This document shows positions 51,506 through 60,937 of a stretch of 64,000 bases of DNA, piece after piece. The DNA lies in contig JAPNQO010000053.1 in the NCBI GenBank assembly GCA_027251445.1, forward strand, positions 1-64,000. The letters are read 5' to 3'. Under the pieces are notes generated by a model. That model was not told where the DNA came from. It saw only the letters and a program-made list of their open reading frames with translations, and made no database searches. A program made the translations under genes and the position numbers. Source of the stretch: Fidelibacterota bacterium. GTDB taxonomy: Bacteria > Fidelibacterota > Marinisomatia > Marinisomatales > TCS55. Position 1 is the stretch's first letter. Each line of letters opens with the position of its first letter.

Positions 51506-51568
51506 TTACAAAACTTATTAACTACTTGTATATATTCAGATAAGAAAAATAATTATTAAATAATAAAA

Positions 51569-52759
51569 ATGATTAGATCATTAAATTCATTCGATTTAAA
51601 AGATAAGCGCGTATTGATACGGGTAGACTATAATGTGCCTGTTGAAAATGGTGTTGTCAAAGATGCCTATAGAATTCAGTGCTCAATTCCAACTATTAAA
51701 GAATGTCTTGAAGCAGGGGCTTCAGTAGTTTTAATGTCTCATCTTGGAAGACCAAATGGAAGCACTAATGATAATTATAGTATGATCTCTGTGGGAGAGG
51801 TTCTTTCTGATTTTCTAGAAATTCCAATAAAATTTTCTCATGACTGTATAAATGAAGATTCAATTAATGTAACTATTGGCCTTCACCCGGGAGAGGTTCA
51901 TTTATTAGAAAACCTACGATTTCATACGGGTGAAGAAGAAAATGATTTTGAATTTTCAAGATTACTTTCAAAGCATGGTCAAATATTTATCAATGATGCT
52001 TTTGGAACTTCTCATCGGTCTCACGCATCAAATGTTGGTGTAACAGATAATTTTATGCATAAAGGGATGGGTTTATTGATGGAGAAAGAAATTCAATATT
52101 TAATGCATAAGTTTAAAAAACCAAAAGAACCTTTAGTGCTTTTGCTAGGTGGGGCAAAGATATCTGATAAAATAGATATGATCGAAAGATTTATAATTAA
52201 AGCAAAGAGTATACTCATAGGTGGCGGAATGACTTTTACCTTTTTAAAAGCAATGGGGCTAAATGTAGGGAAATCTATGATTGATGAAAGTATGATTTCA
52301 ACTGCCAAAACAATTATTAAGAAAGCTCGTCAAAATAGAGTTAAAATAAAACTTCCTGTAGATTTTGTTGTGTCAGATGCTATTGATAAGCCATCAAAAA
52401 TTGAAACAGTATCTTTTGATTCAATACCCGATAACATGATTGGTCTTGATATTGGTCCTGAAACTATAAAATTATTTTCTAATATAATCCTTCAATCTGG
52501 TACAGTATTGTGGAATGGTCCTATGGGGGTATTTGAGAAAAAGGAATTTGAAAATGGTACAAAATCTATCGCAAATTTACTATCTGATATGAAAGATCAA
52601 AATATAGATACGATAGTTGGTGGAGGTGATAGTGCCTCTGCAATAAGAAAGTTCTCTGATATTGAAAACATAACACATGTTTCTACTGGTGGCGGAGCAT
52701 CTTTAGAATTATTAGGAGGAAAAAGTCTTCCAGCCATAACTGCATTGGAGAAATTATGA
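51569..52759 (+). CDS. pgk: Phosphoglycerate kinase
   Basis: RVDYNVP, SHLGRP, LLENLRF, WNGPMGVFE, STGGGASLE. Confidence 0.98.
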   Translation: MIRSLNSFDLKDKRVLIRVDYNVPVENGVVKDAYRIQCSIPTIKECLEAGASVVLMSHLGRPNGSTNDNYSMISVGEVLSDFLEIPIKFSHDCINEDSINVTIGLHPGEVHLLENLRFHTGEEENDFEFSRLLSKHGQIFINDAFGTSHRSHASNVGVTDNFMHKGMGLLMEKEIQYLMHKFKKPKEPLVLLLGGAKISDKIDMIERFIIKAKSILIGGGMTFTFLKAMGLNVGKSMIDESMISTAKTIIKKARQNRVKIKLPVDFVVSDAIDKPSKIETVSFDSIPDNMIGLDIGPETIKLFSNIILQSGTVLWNGPMGVFEKKEFENGTKSIANLLSDMKDQNIDTIVGGGDSASAIRKFSDIENITHVSTGGGASLELLGGKSLPAITALEKL

Positions 52760-53529
52760 TACCAAAACCTATTGTTGCTGCTAATTGGAAGATGCACAAA
52801 ACTCCCCAGGAAGGTGTTAAATTTCTTTCTGAGCTAAACAATTTGCTTTTGGATAAGGAAATGCCATCAATTATATTCTGCCCGCCATTTACATCGCTCT
52901 TTCACATGAATGAAATATTATCAGATTTGGAGTATTGTCTGGGTGCTCAGAATGTTTATTTTGAAAACGAAGGTGCCTTTACAGGTGAAATTTCAATGAA
53001 TATGCTTGTATCTTGTGGTGTTCAGTACGTTATTATTGGTCATTCTGAACGAAGGCATATTTTTAATGAATCAAATAATGATATTAATAAGAAAATTCAT
53101 ACTGTATTGAAACAAGAAATCTTTCCAATATTTTGCATTGGAGAAAAACTTGATGATCGTGAAACAAATAATACTCGTAAAGTTTTAGTGAAGCAGTTAG
53201 AAGAAGGTTTATTAGGAATAAATAAAGATATGATGAGCAAAATAATTATAGCTTATGAGCCAGTTTGGGCCATTGGTACCGGAATTAACGCTGTTCCAAA
53301 TCAAGTTGAAGAATCCCATGATATGATTAGAGAAATATTGCTTGATTTATATTCAATGAATATAGCAAATGATATTCCAATCTTATATGGTGGTTCTGTA
53401 AAGCCAGATAATTCTGAAGAATTAATCAAAACAAAAGGAGTTGATGGTTTTTTAATTGGAGGCGCAAGCCTAAATTTGGAAATGTTCTCTGGTATAATTG
53501 AAAATGTTCATAATAATTCTATGAGGTAA
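52756..53529 (+). CDS. tpiA: Triosephosphate isomerase
   Basis: NWKM, GHSERR, AYEPVWAIGTG, YGGSV. Confidence 0.98.
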   Translation: MIPKPIVAANWKMHKTPQEGVKFLSELNNLLLDKEMPSIIFCPPFTSLFHMNEILSDLEYCLGAQNVYFENEGAFTGEISMNMLVSCGVQYVIIGHSERRHIFNESNNDINKKIHTVLKQEIFPIFCIGEKLDDRETNNTRKVLVKQLEEGLLGINKDMMSKIIIAYEPVWAIGTGINAVPNQVEESHDMIREILLDLYSMNIANDIPILYGGSVKPDNSEELIKTKGVDGFLIGGASLNLEMFSGIIENVHNNSMR

Positions 53530-53532
53530 GTA

Positions 53533-53859
53533 ATGACAAGTGTTTTAATAGTTATCCATACAATAATTAGTGTTTTATTGATTGCTGTAATATTAATGCA
53601 AGCAGGTCAAGGTGGCGGCTTAGCTGGAGGGCTCAGCGCTGGAATGGGTAATTCTATTTTTGGTGGACGTGCGGCTGCAACAGCATTAAGTAGAATCACT
53701 ACTTGGTTTGCAATTGCATTTATGGCATTGGGAGTTTTAATTAGTCTTTTAAGTGCCCCCAATGTGGTAGAGAATGAATCTATTCTTAAACGTGAGGCAG
53801 ATGAAAGATTATTAGATCTATCTGCGCCGGATATACAGCAGAATCTTGAAATTGAATAA
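53533..53859 (+). CDS. secG: Preprotein translocase SecG
   Basis: TM-ILMQ-Gly-rich loop-FG-L.RIT-TM; tpiA-secG-tRNA-Leu synteny. Confidence 0.93.
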   Translation: MTSVLIVIHTIISVLLIAVILMQAGQGGGLAGGLSAGMGNSIFGGRAAATALSRITTWFAIAFMALGVLISLLSAPNVVENESILKREADERLLDLSAPDIQQNLEIE

Positions 53860-53867
53860 TTATGATA

Positions 53868-53951
53868 GCCGAAGTGGTGGAACTGGTAGACACGCTGTCT
53901 TGAGGGGGCAGTGGGGGAAACCCTGTGCGGGTTCGAGTCCCGCCTTCGGCA
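53868..53951 (+). tRNA. tRNA-Leu(GAG)
   Basis: GCCGAAG/CTTCGGC acceptor stem, CTGTC-TTGAGGG-GGCAG, long variable arm. Confidence 0.95.
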
Positions 53952-53966
53952 CGAATGGAGTAAATA

Positions 53967-55280
53967 ATGGTTAATGTATTTAAAAAAATATTTTTCTTTT
54001 CTTTGGTGTCAATTATTTTTTCTCAATCTCCTAGTCAAGCTTTAAATGATGGAAAGTCTCAATTAGCAAATGGTGATTATGAACAAGCTGAAATTTTATT
54101 CAAAAAAGCACTTCAGATGGATCCAACTTTTTCACCGGCTATGCTTGAATTGGCAAGAATCAATCTACGTTTTGGTAAAATGAAGGATACACAAGAATTC
54201 TTACGTCAGGCAATTGATATTGACCCTGAGAATCAAGAATACAGAGATGAATTTGATCGTATAAACCAAATTAACACTTTAATGAGTGATGCATCCCGGT
54301 ATATGGCTGATGCAGATTTTAATAATGCTTTTGATAGTTATCGTATTGTGTTGGAAAAATTTCCTTTTTTCTCTGAAGCTGCATATAGTATGGGTCTTGT
54401 AAAGTATCGTGAAAAAACTTTTGAAGAAGCAGTCGTATATTTTAAAAAGGCATTAGAAATTAATCCTTATCATGAAAAAGCTAGAAAAGCACTAGATAAT
54501 GTTACTAAAAAGGCATTTAATGATGGTAATCGTTCTTATAAGCGTGGTGATTTAGATGGTGCTATTGATTCTTATAAAAAGGTTTTGGAATTTGATGAGT
54601 CTTTTTATCAGGCTCATTATCAAATTGGTGTAATTGAGGCAAAAATGGGTAATCGTGATCTTGCTATTGATCATTACGAGTCTTCTCTAGAAATTAATCC
54701 TAATTTTTATAAAGGATGGTTTGCTTTAGGACTTTCTAAAAAATCTAATGGTGATAATCTTGGTGCTATTTCAGCATTTAGCTCTGCTGTTGAAGTGTAC
54801 CCTGCATATGATAAAGCATATGGTGCTATGGGTGAAATTTATTTAAATGAAAAAAACTTTGATAAAGCTATTGAAGTTCTTAATACATCTGTTCAGGTAA
54901 ATCCTAATTATTCAAAAGGATATTCAACTCTTGGAGTTGTTTATATTGAAATGGAAGAGTGGGGTAATGCTGTGAATAATTTAGTTCTTGCAACTACATA
55001 TAATGAAAAAGATGCTATGTCTTGGTATCGATTGGCTTCTGCTTATAATAATCTTGGTGAGTGTGTAAGTGCACAAGAAGCAGCAAGAACTTCTACTGAG
55101 TACAAGAAAAATTTTGGAGGTGCGTGGGTTGAGCTTGGCGTATCAACATGGTGTAATGGTAAAGGAAATAAAATTGCTGCTGTAAATGCATTAGAAAAAG
55201 CGCGAAAAGATCGATCATGGAGAAAAATTGCTGAATACGAGATGGATAAAATTATGAACCCTCAAAAATATCAGAATTAA
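53967..55280 (+). CDS. Exported tetratricopeptide-repeat protein
   Basis: Signal peptide; repeated A...LG..Y......A...F.KALEINP units. Confidence 0.9.
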   Translation: MVNVFKKIFFFSLVSIIFSQSPSQALNDGKSQLANGDYEQAEILFKKALQMDPTFSPAMLELARINLRFGKMKDTQEFLRQAIDIDPENQEYRDEFDRINQINTLMSDASRYMADADFNNAFDSYRIVLEKFPFFSEAAYSMGLVKYREKTFEEAVVYFKKALEINPYHEKARKALDNVTKKAFNDGNRSYKRGDLDGAIDSYKKVLEFDESFYQAHYQIGVIEAKMGNRDLAIDHYESSLEINPNFYKGWFALGLSKKSNGDNLGAISAFSSAVEVYPAYDKAYGAMGEIYLNEKNFDKAIEVLNTSVQVNPNYSKGYSTLGVVYIEMEEWGNAVNNLVLATTYNEKDAMSWYRLASAYNNLGECVSAQEAARTSTEYKKNFGGAWVELGVSTWCNGKGNKIAAVNALEKARKDRSWRKIAEYEMDKIMNPQKYQN

Positions 55281-55298
55281 TTTTAAAATTATAATTAT

Positions 55299-55982
55299 AT
55301 GATAAAAGCGGTCATATTTGACCTAGATAATACTCTCTTAGATTTCATGAAAATGAAAGAGTATGCTGTTAAAGCAGCCATTGCAGGAATGATTGAAGCT
55401 GGTCTAGATATTGATAATGAAGAATCATATAAGACAATAGTTTCAATTTATGAAGAAGAAGGTTGGGAAAATCAGCAGATATTTAATTATTTCTTAGAAA
55501 GAACTGTTGGAGAGGTAAATAATAAATACTTAGCAGCTGCAATAGTTGCATACAGAAGAGCTCGGGAAGCTAACCTATTATTATATCCTAATGTAAACCA
55601 TACGTTAGTTGAATTAATGAAGACTGGAATTAAACTAGCTGTTGTATCAGATGCTCCAAGTAGAGAAGCATGGATGAGGATTTACTATTTAAACCTGCAC
55701 CATCATTTTGATATTGTATTAACATTTGATGATACAAATGCAAGAAAACCATCTCCAATTCCATTTCAGATGGCCTTAAAAGAATTAAAGACTGAACCAA
55801 GTGAAACTTTAATGGTTGGCGATTGGCCTGAAAGAGATGTGCAAGGAGCAAATAATCTTGGAATAAGGACAATATTTGCTCGATATGGAGATTCATTTGG
55901 CACTGTTGATTCAGGTGCGGATTGGGACATAAATGATGTGTATGAAATTGTAGGTATAGTAAACGAGTTAAATAGTGCCTGA
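55299..55982 (+). CDS. HAD-superfamily hydrolase, subfamily IA
   Basis: FDLDNTL, VVSD, KPSP, MVGDWPERDVQGA. Confidence 0.92.
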   Translation: MIKAVIFDLDNTLLDFMKMKEYAVKAAIAGMIEAGLDIDNEESYKTIVSIYEEEGWENQQIFNYFLERTVGEVNNKYLAAAIVAYRRAREANLLLYPNVNHTLVELMKTGIKLAVVSDAPSREAWMRIYYLNLHHHFDIVLTFDDTNARKPSPIPFQMALKELKTEPSETLMVGDWPERDVQGANNLGIRTIFARYGDSFGTVDSGADWDINDVYEIVGIVNELNSA

Positions 55983-56343
55983 ATATTTTATTGGAACAGA
56001 TATTGTTGCTGTTTCACGTATTCAAAATATCATTCATAAACACACCGATAGATTTAAAAAACATACTTTCACAGAAAATGAAAAAAAATATTGTGATTTA
56101 AAACCAAATCCAGCTATTCATTATGCTGGAAGATTTGCTGCAAAGGAAGCAATCAAGAAAGCTCTTTACTCATCAAAAATAATTAATTCAATTGATTTTG
56201 TTGATATTGAAATTCTAAATAGTGATTCTGGGGTTCCAGAAGTCCAATTATCGCATCATGAATTAAATAATTTTCATGTAAAGATTAGTATTTCTCATAT
56301 TGAAGAATATGCAATTGCATTTGCCTTAGTTTCATCATCTTGA
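55975..56343 (+). CDS. acpS: Holo-ACP synthase
   Basis: IGTDIV, AGRFAAKEA.KKA, ISISH. Confidence 0.95.
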   Translation: MPEYFIGTDIVAVSRIQNIIHKHTDRFKKHTFTENEKKYCDLKPNPAIHYAGRFAAKEAIKKALYSSKIINSIDFVDIEILNSDSGVPEVQLSHHELNNFHVKISISHIEEYAIAFALVSSS

Positions 56344-57872
56344 AATTACTTACACAAAAACAAGCTAGAGAATTAGATATACTATCCCTAGAAAGTTCTA
56401 AAATAAAAGGCGTACAGCTTATGGAAGCAGCTGGAAAAATTATTGCTGATTTCTTAATGGATTTTATACAAAATATTGATAAAGAAAGCATTGGAATAGT
56501 ATGTGGAAAAGGGAATAATGGTGGAGATGGATTTGCTTCTGCAACCTTTTTACATTCAAAAAAATATAGAATTCAGATTTTTTGCATTTGTTCTTTAGAT
56601 GACCTTAGTAATGATTCTCAATATTTTGCCAATCAATGTCTAGAAATGGGTATTAGTATTCAATTTTCATGTATAAATCTGATTGATGAACTCAAAAATG
56701 ATTTTATAATTGATGGTTTATTAGGTACAGGAGTTAAGGGTCCTGTGAGAGAAGAAATTATGCCTATAATTAATAGAATAAATAATTCTAAGGGCAAAGT
56801 TATATCTATTGATATACCTTCAGGTTTGCATGCAGATATTGGTATTGCGCAACCAGAAGGTATAAATGCTGATTATACAATAACCATGGGCCATCCAAAA
56901 GTTGGGTTAATTATGAGAGATGGTCCATCATTATCAGGTGAAATACATGTCGCAGACATTGGTTTCCCAGATAAAGCGTTAAATAATTTAAAGGGATTAA
57001 AATGGAAACTTTTACAAGAAAAAGATATTTCAAGTTTACTTAAACCTATAAATAATGATACAAACAAATATAAACAGGGTAAAGTATTAATTATTGCTGG
57101 TTCAAAAGGAATGACAGGAGCAGCAGCGCTTTGTTCATTAGGAGCCTTTAGAGTTGGTGCAGGGTTAGTTATTTCTGCAGCTCCTAGTTCTATTAATGAT
57201 ATCTACGAAAAAAAAATAACAGAGGCTATGACCCTTATTTGCGAAGATGATAATCATGGTTACTTTTTGTTGAATAACTTTGATGAGGTATCAAAAAAGT
57301 TTGAATGGGCGGATGTTGTAATTATTGGGCCAGGAATTGGTTGTCATAATCAAACAATTAATTTTGCTAAAAAAATAATTAGAACCTGTGAAAAACCAAT
57401 GATTATTGATGCAGATGGATTAAGAGTATTTGATAGAAACAATACATTATTTAGTGATATAAAAGCTCCATTTGTTATTACGCCTCACTATGGTGAACTA
57501 TCTCGAATATTAGATGAAGATGTCAAAATTATTAATAACCAATTCACTAGCATTTTTAATGATTTTATGGAAAAATTTAATGGAGTATTGGTAGCAAAAA
57601 ATGCGCCTAGTTGTATTCTACATAAAAACAATGTCAGTATTAATTCATCGGGTAATCCCGGTTTAGCTACAGCTGGTACTGGTGATGTTCTCGCAGGAAT
57701 GATCGGAGGATTTGTTGCGCAAGGACTAAATATTGAAGATGCATCAAAATTAGCTGTTAATATACACGGCAAAGCAGCAGATAATTATGTTATAAAGAAA
57801 GGAATGCGTGGAATGATAGCTTCAGATATATTAAATGAAATCCCTTTATTGATTTCAGATTATGAATATTAA
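56340..57872 (+). CDS. nnr: Bifunctional NAD(P)HX epimerase/dehydratase
   Basis: LMEAAG, GKGNNGGDG, DIPSG, DADGL, TPHYGE, LATAGTGDVLAG. Confidence 0.94.
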   Translation: MKLLTQKQARELDILSLESSKIKGVQLMEAAGKIIADFLMDFIQNIDKESIGIVCGKGNNGGDGFASATFLHSKKYRIQIFCICSLDDLSNDSQYFANQCLEMGISIQFSCINLIDELKNDFIIDGLLGTGVKGPVREEIMPIINRINNSKGKVISIDIPSGLHADIGIAQPEGINADYTITMGHPKVGLIMRDGPSLSGEIHVADIGFPDKALNNLKGLKWKLLQEKDISSLLKPINNDTNKYKQGKVLIIAGSKGMTGAAALCSLGAFRVGAGLVISAAPSSINDIYEKKITEAMTLICEDDNHGYFLLNNFDEVSKKFEWADVVIIGPGIGCHNQTINFAKKIIRTCEKPMIIDADGLRVFDRNNTLFSDIKAPFVITPHYGELSRILDEDVKIINNQFTSIFNDFMEKFNGVLVAKNAPSCILHKNNVSINSSGNPGLATAGTGDVLAGMIGGFVAQGLNIEDASKLAVNIHGKAADNYVIKKGMRGMIASDILNEIPLLISDYEY

Positions 57873-58212
57873 ATATTATAGAATTTTTTTAATTACTTAC
57901 GGTATATTAATTTTATCAATATCAAGTATACCAGGAGACTCTATTCCCAGATTTGTTTTACTTTCCTGGGATAAACTGATTCATATAGTTGAATACTCTA
58001 TTTTAGGTTTTTTAAGTATAAATACTCTTCAAAATAAATCTAAGAATCAAATAATAATTACGTGTGTACTATGCTTATGTTTTGCAATAATAGATGAAGT
58101 ATGGCAATCATTTATTCCAGGAAGATTTTCAAGCGCACTTGATGTAATTGCTGATGGAATTGGTATTATAATTGGAAGTATATTTGCTTTAAGATTCAAT
58201 TCAGATAAATAA
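57862..58212 (+). CDS. VanZ-family membrane protein
   Basis: DKLIH..EY.ILG, DE.WQSFIPGR.SS.LDV.AD. Confidence 0.88.
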   Translation: MNIKYYRIFLITYGILILSISSIPGDSIPRFVLLSWDKLIHIVEYSILGFLSINTLQNKSKNQIIITCVLCLCFAIIDEVWQSFIPGRFSSALDVIADGIGIIIGSIFALRFNSDK

Positions 58213-58267
58213 TGATTTATTATTTTCTAAACATAACTCTATTTGCCAAAATCTAGGATTATAATGT

Positions 58268-59518
58268 ATGGATAAATTTATTGTAAATGGAGGTAATCAA
58301 ATTTCTGGTAGTGTTGATATAAGTGGAGCAAAAAATGCTGTCTTACCTTTAATGACTGCAGCACTACTTGTTGATGGTAAGACTACGATAAATAGCGTTC
58401 CAGATCTTCGAGATACGAGAACAATGATTCGCTTATTAGAAATTATAGGTGCTAAAGTTGCATTTAAAAATAATTCGTTATCTATAAATGCCTCTGATGT
58501 AAACAATTTAGAAGCTCCATATGATCTTGTTAAGACTATGAGAGCTTCATTTTATGTTTTAGGCCCTTTGCTTGCAAGGTTTGGTGAAGTTAGAGTATCT
58601 CTGCCTGGTGGTTGTGCTTGGGGTCCAAGGCCAGTAGATTTTCATTTAAAAGGATTAGAAAAACTTGGTGCAAAGATAAGTCTTGAAAGTGGTTACATAT
58701 TGGCAAAAGCAAAACACCTAAAGGGTAATAAAATCAGTTTTGATTTTCCATCTGTAGGTGCTACTGGTAATATCTTAATGGCAAGTGTATTAGCTAGGGG
58801 AGAGACTCATATTGAAAATGCAGCTAAGGAACCCGAAATTGTACAATTATGCGAAGTTTTAAATCAAATGGGTGCAAATATTTTTGGTATTGGCACTGAT
58901 ACATTAACTGTGCATGGAGTAGATAAATTACATTCCGTAGATATTGATGTTATACCGGATAGAATTGAAGCAGGAACATATTTAATTGCTGGTGCAACAA
59001 TGGGAGGCATAACTCTTAATAATTGTAATCCAAAACATTTAGAAGATGTTATCAATAAATTAAAACTATCTGGAGCAAATATTTCTTCTAATGAAAATTC
59101 TTTATCAATTGAGAAAATAGATTCAATAGAATCTGTTGATATTACTACTGAGGTTTATCCAGGTTTCCCCACAGACTTACAGGCCCAGTGGATGGCATTT
59201 ATGTCTATAGCAAAAGGAAAATCAACAATTATTGATACTGTATATCATGATCGATTTACTCATATACCTGAACTAAATAGATTAGGTGCTGACATTCAAT
59301 TGAAGGATAATAAAGCTATAGTTGATGGTGTAAATAAATTAAAAGGTGCGCAAGTTATGTCTACAGATATTCGTGCAAGTGCTGCATTAATATTGGGAGC
59401 AATAATTGCAGAAGGTAAAACAGAAATTAGTAGAGTATATCATATAGATAGAGGATATGATTCAATTGAGAAAAAATTTCAATCTTTAGGTGTTGATATT
59501 GTACGTATTAATGAATAA
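58268..59518 (+). CDS. murA: UDP-N-acetylglucosamine 1-carboxyvinyltransferase
   Basis: GAKNA, LPGGC, SVGAT, PDRIE, PGFPTD, DRGY. Confidence 0.98.
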   Translation: MDKFIVNGGNQISGSVDISGAKNAVLPLMTAALLVDGKTTINSVPDLRDTRTMIRLLEIIGAKVAFKNNSLSINASDVNNLEAPYDLVKTMRASFYVLGPLLARFGEVRVSLPGGCAWGPRPVDFHLKGLEKLGAKISLESGYILAKAKHLKGNKISFDFPSVGATGNILMASVLARGETHIENAAKEPEIVQLCEVLNQMGANIFGIGTDTLTVHGVDKLHSVDIDVIPDRIEAGTYLIAGATMGGITLNNCNPKHLEDVINKLKLSGANISSNENSLSIEKIDSIESVDITTEVYPGFPTDLQAQWMAFMSIAKGKSTIIDTVYHDRFTHIPELNRLGADIQLKDNKAIVDGVNKLKGAQVMSTDIRASAALILGAIIAEGKTEISRVYHIDRGYDSIEKKFQSLGVDIVRINE

Positions 59519-59587
59519 TGCAATTTGTTCTATTTCACAAAAACATTTACTAAGTTTAGAAAGTTTCACTTAGTGAAATAGATAATT

Positions 59588-60937
59588 ATGCAAATCGTAA
59601 TAATTGGTGCTGGAGAGGTTGGTTTTCACGCTGCAAAAGCGTTAAGCGAAGAAAATCATGATATCACTGCAGTTGATATAGTTCCAGAGAAATGTAATCG
59701 TCTTTCTGAAAATCTTGATGTAATCGTTGTTGAAGGGAATGGTGCTAGTCCAAGAATTCTTCATCAAGCAAATGTTGAGAACGCTGATTATGTTTTATGT
59801 CTTACTAGAGTCGATGAAGTAAATCTTATTGCTGCGCAACAAGCTCATGAACTAGGAGCAAAAAAAATCATTGCTAGATTAAGAAATCAACAATATACCA
59901 CTCGTCATTCAATTATAAAGCCTGCACAATTTGGAGTAGACTTAGTAATCCACCCTGAAAAAGCTGCGTGTGATGAAATCATTCGTTTAGTTAAACATCC
60001 TTATGCAGTTCAGGTTATGGATTTTGAAGGTGGAAGATTGGAAATGATTGGTATCCGCATTAATGGTGATAATGGTGATTTATTAGGAAAAAGCGTAGGT
60101 GAAATTTGTGAGTCTAATCCAGATTTTAAATTTGGAATAATTGCTGTTTTAAGGGATGGAAAAACTATTGTTCCTTGGTCAGATTTTGTATTTCAAAATG
60201 GTGATACACCATATTTTATTCTGCAAGCTGAAAAAGTAGGGAAACTTATGGAAATGCTAGGAAAGGATTTTTATCGAAATGATCGAGTTATGATTTTAGG
60301 AGGAAGCAAAATTGGACGTTCTGTTGCTGAAGGTTTACAAGATGAAATGAATGTGCGTTTAGTGGATTTTAATAGACATAAATGTGAATGGATTGCTAAT
60401 GACCTTGAAAATACAATGGTAATAGAAGGAGATGGTACTGATCTTGAATTATTAAAATCTGAAAATATAGATTCTATTGATAGTTTTATTGCTGTGACTG
60501 AAAATGAGCAAACAAATCTAATTTCAGGATTACTGTCACACCATTTTGGGGTTGAGCAGACAATAATCCATATTGGTACTACAGAATTTTTGCCTATTAT
60601 TCAAGAAACTGGTATTGGATCTGTTATTAGTAAGAATATGTCCACCGTAAATTCTATATTACGTAAAATAAGAAGTGATATGTCTGAAACTCAAATTGTT
60701 TCTTTTGATGAGTTAGATGTAGATGTCTTAGAATTAACACCAGATAAAGAAAGTCCAGTATGTGGGAAACCATTGTCAGAAGTTTCTTTTCCAAAAGCTA
60801 GTATAGTTGGAGTAATAAATCACCATGGTCATTTGACAATTGCAAGAGGTTCGTCTCAATTAACAGAAGAAGATACAGCGCTTGTTTTTGCAAAAAATTC
60901 CGTAACTGAAAAAGTTCGGAAACTTTTCATTGCCTAA
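59588..60937 (+). CDS. trkA: Trk potassium uptake regulatory subunit
   Basis: Two RCK units (GAGEVG, GGSKIG); upstream of trkH. Confidence 0.93.
   Translation: MQIVIIGAGEVGFHAAKALSEENHDITAVDIVPEKCNRLSENLDVIVVEGNGASPRILHQANVENADYVLCLTRVDEVNLIAAQQAHELGAKKIIARLRNQQYTTRHSIIKPAQFGVDLVIHPEKAACDEIIRLVKHPYAVQVMDFEGGRLEMIGIRINGDNGDLLGKSVGEICESNPDFKFGIIAVLRDGKTIVPWSDFVFQNGDTPYFILQAEKVGKLMEMLGKDFYRNDRVMILGGSKIGRSVAEGLQDEMNVRLVDFNRHKCEWIANDLENTMVIEGDGTDLELLKSENIDSIDSFIAVTENEQTNLISGLLSHHFGVEQTIIHIGTTEFLPIIQETGIGSVISKNMSTVNSILRKIRSDMSETQIVSFDELDVDVLELTPDKESPVCGKPLSEVSFPKASIVGVINHHGHLTIARGSSQLTEEDTALVFAKNSVTEKVRKLFIA

Noticed and set aside
57862..58212. Glycopeptide resistance locus
   Set aside because: Lone VanZ-family gene with no vanHAX or vanRS; the family is widespread.
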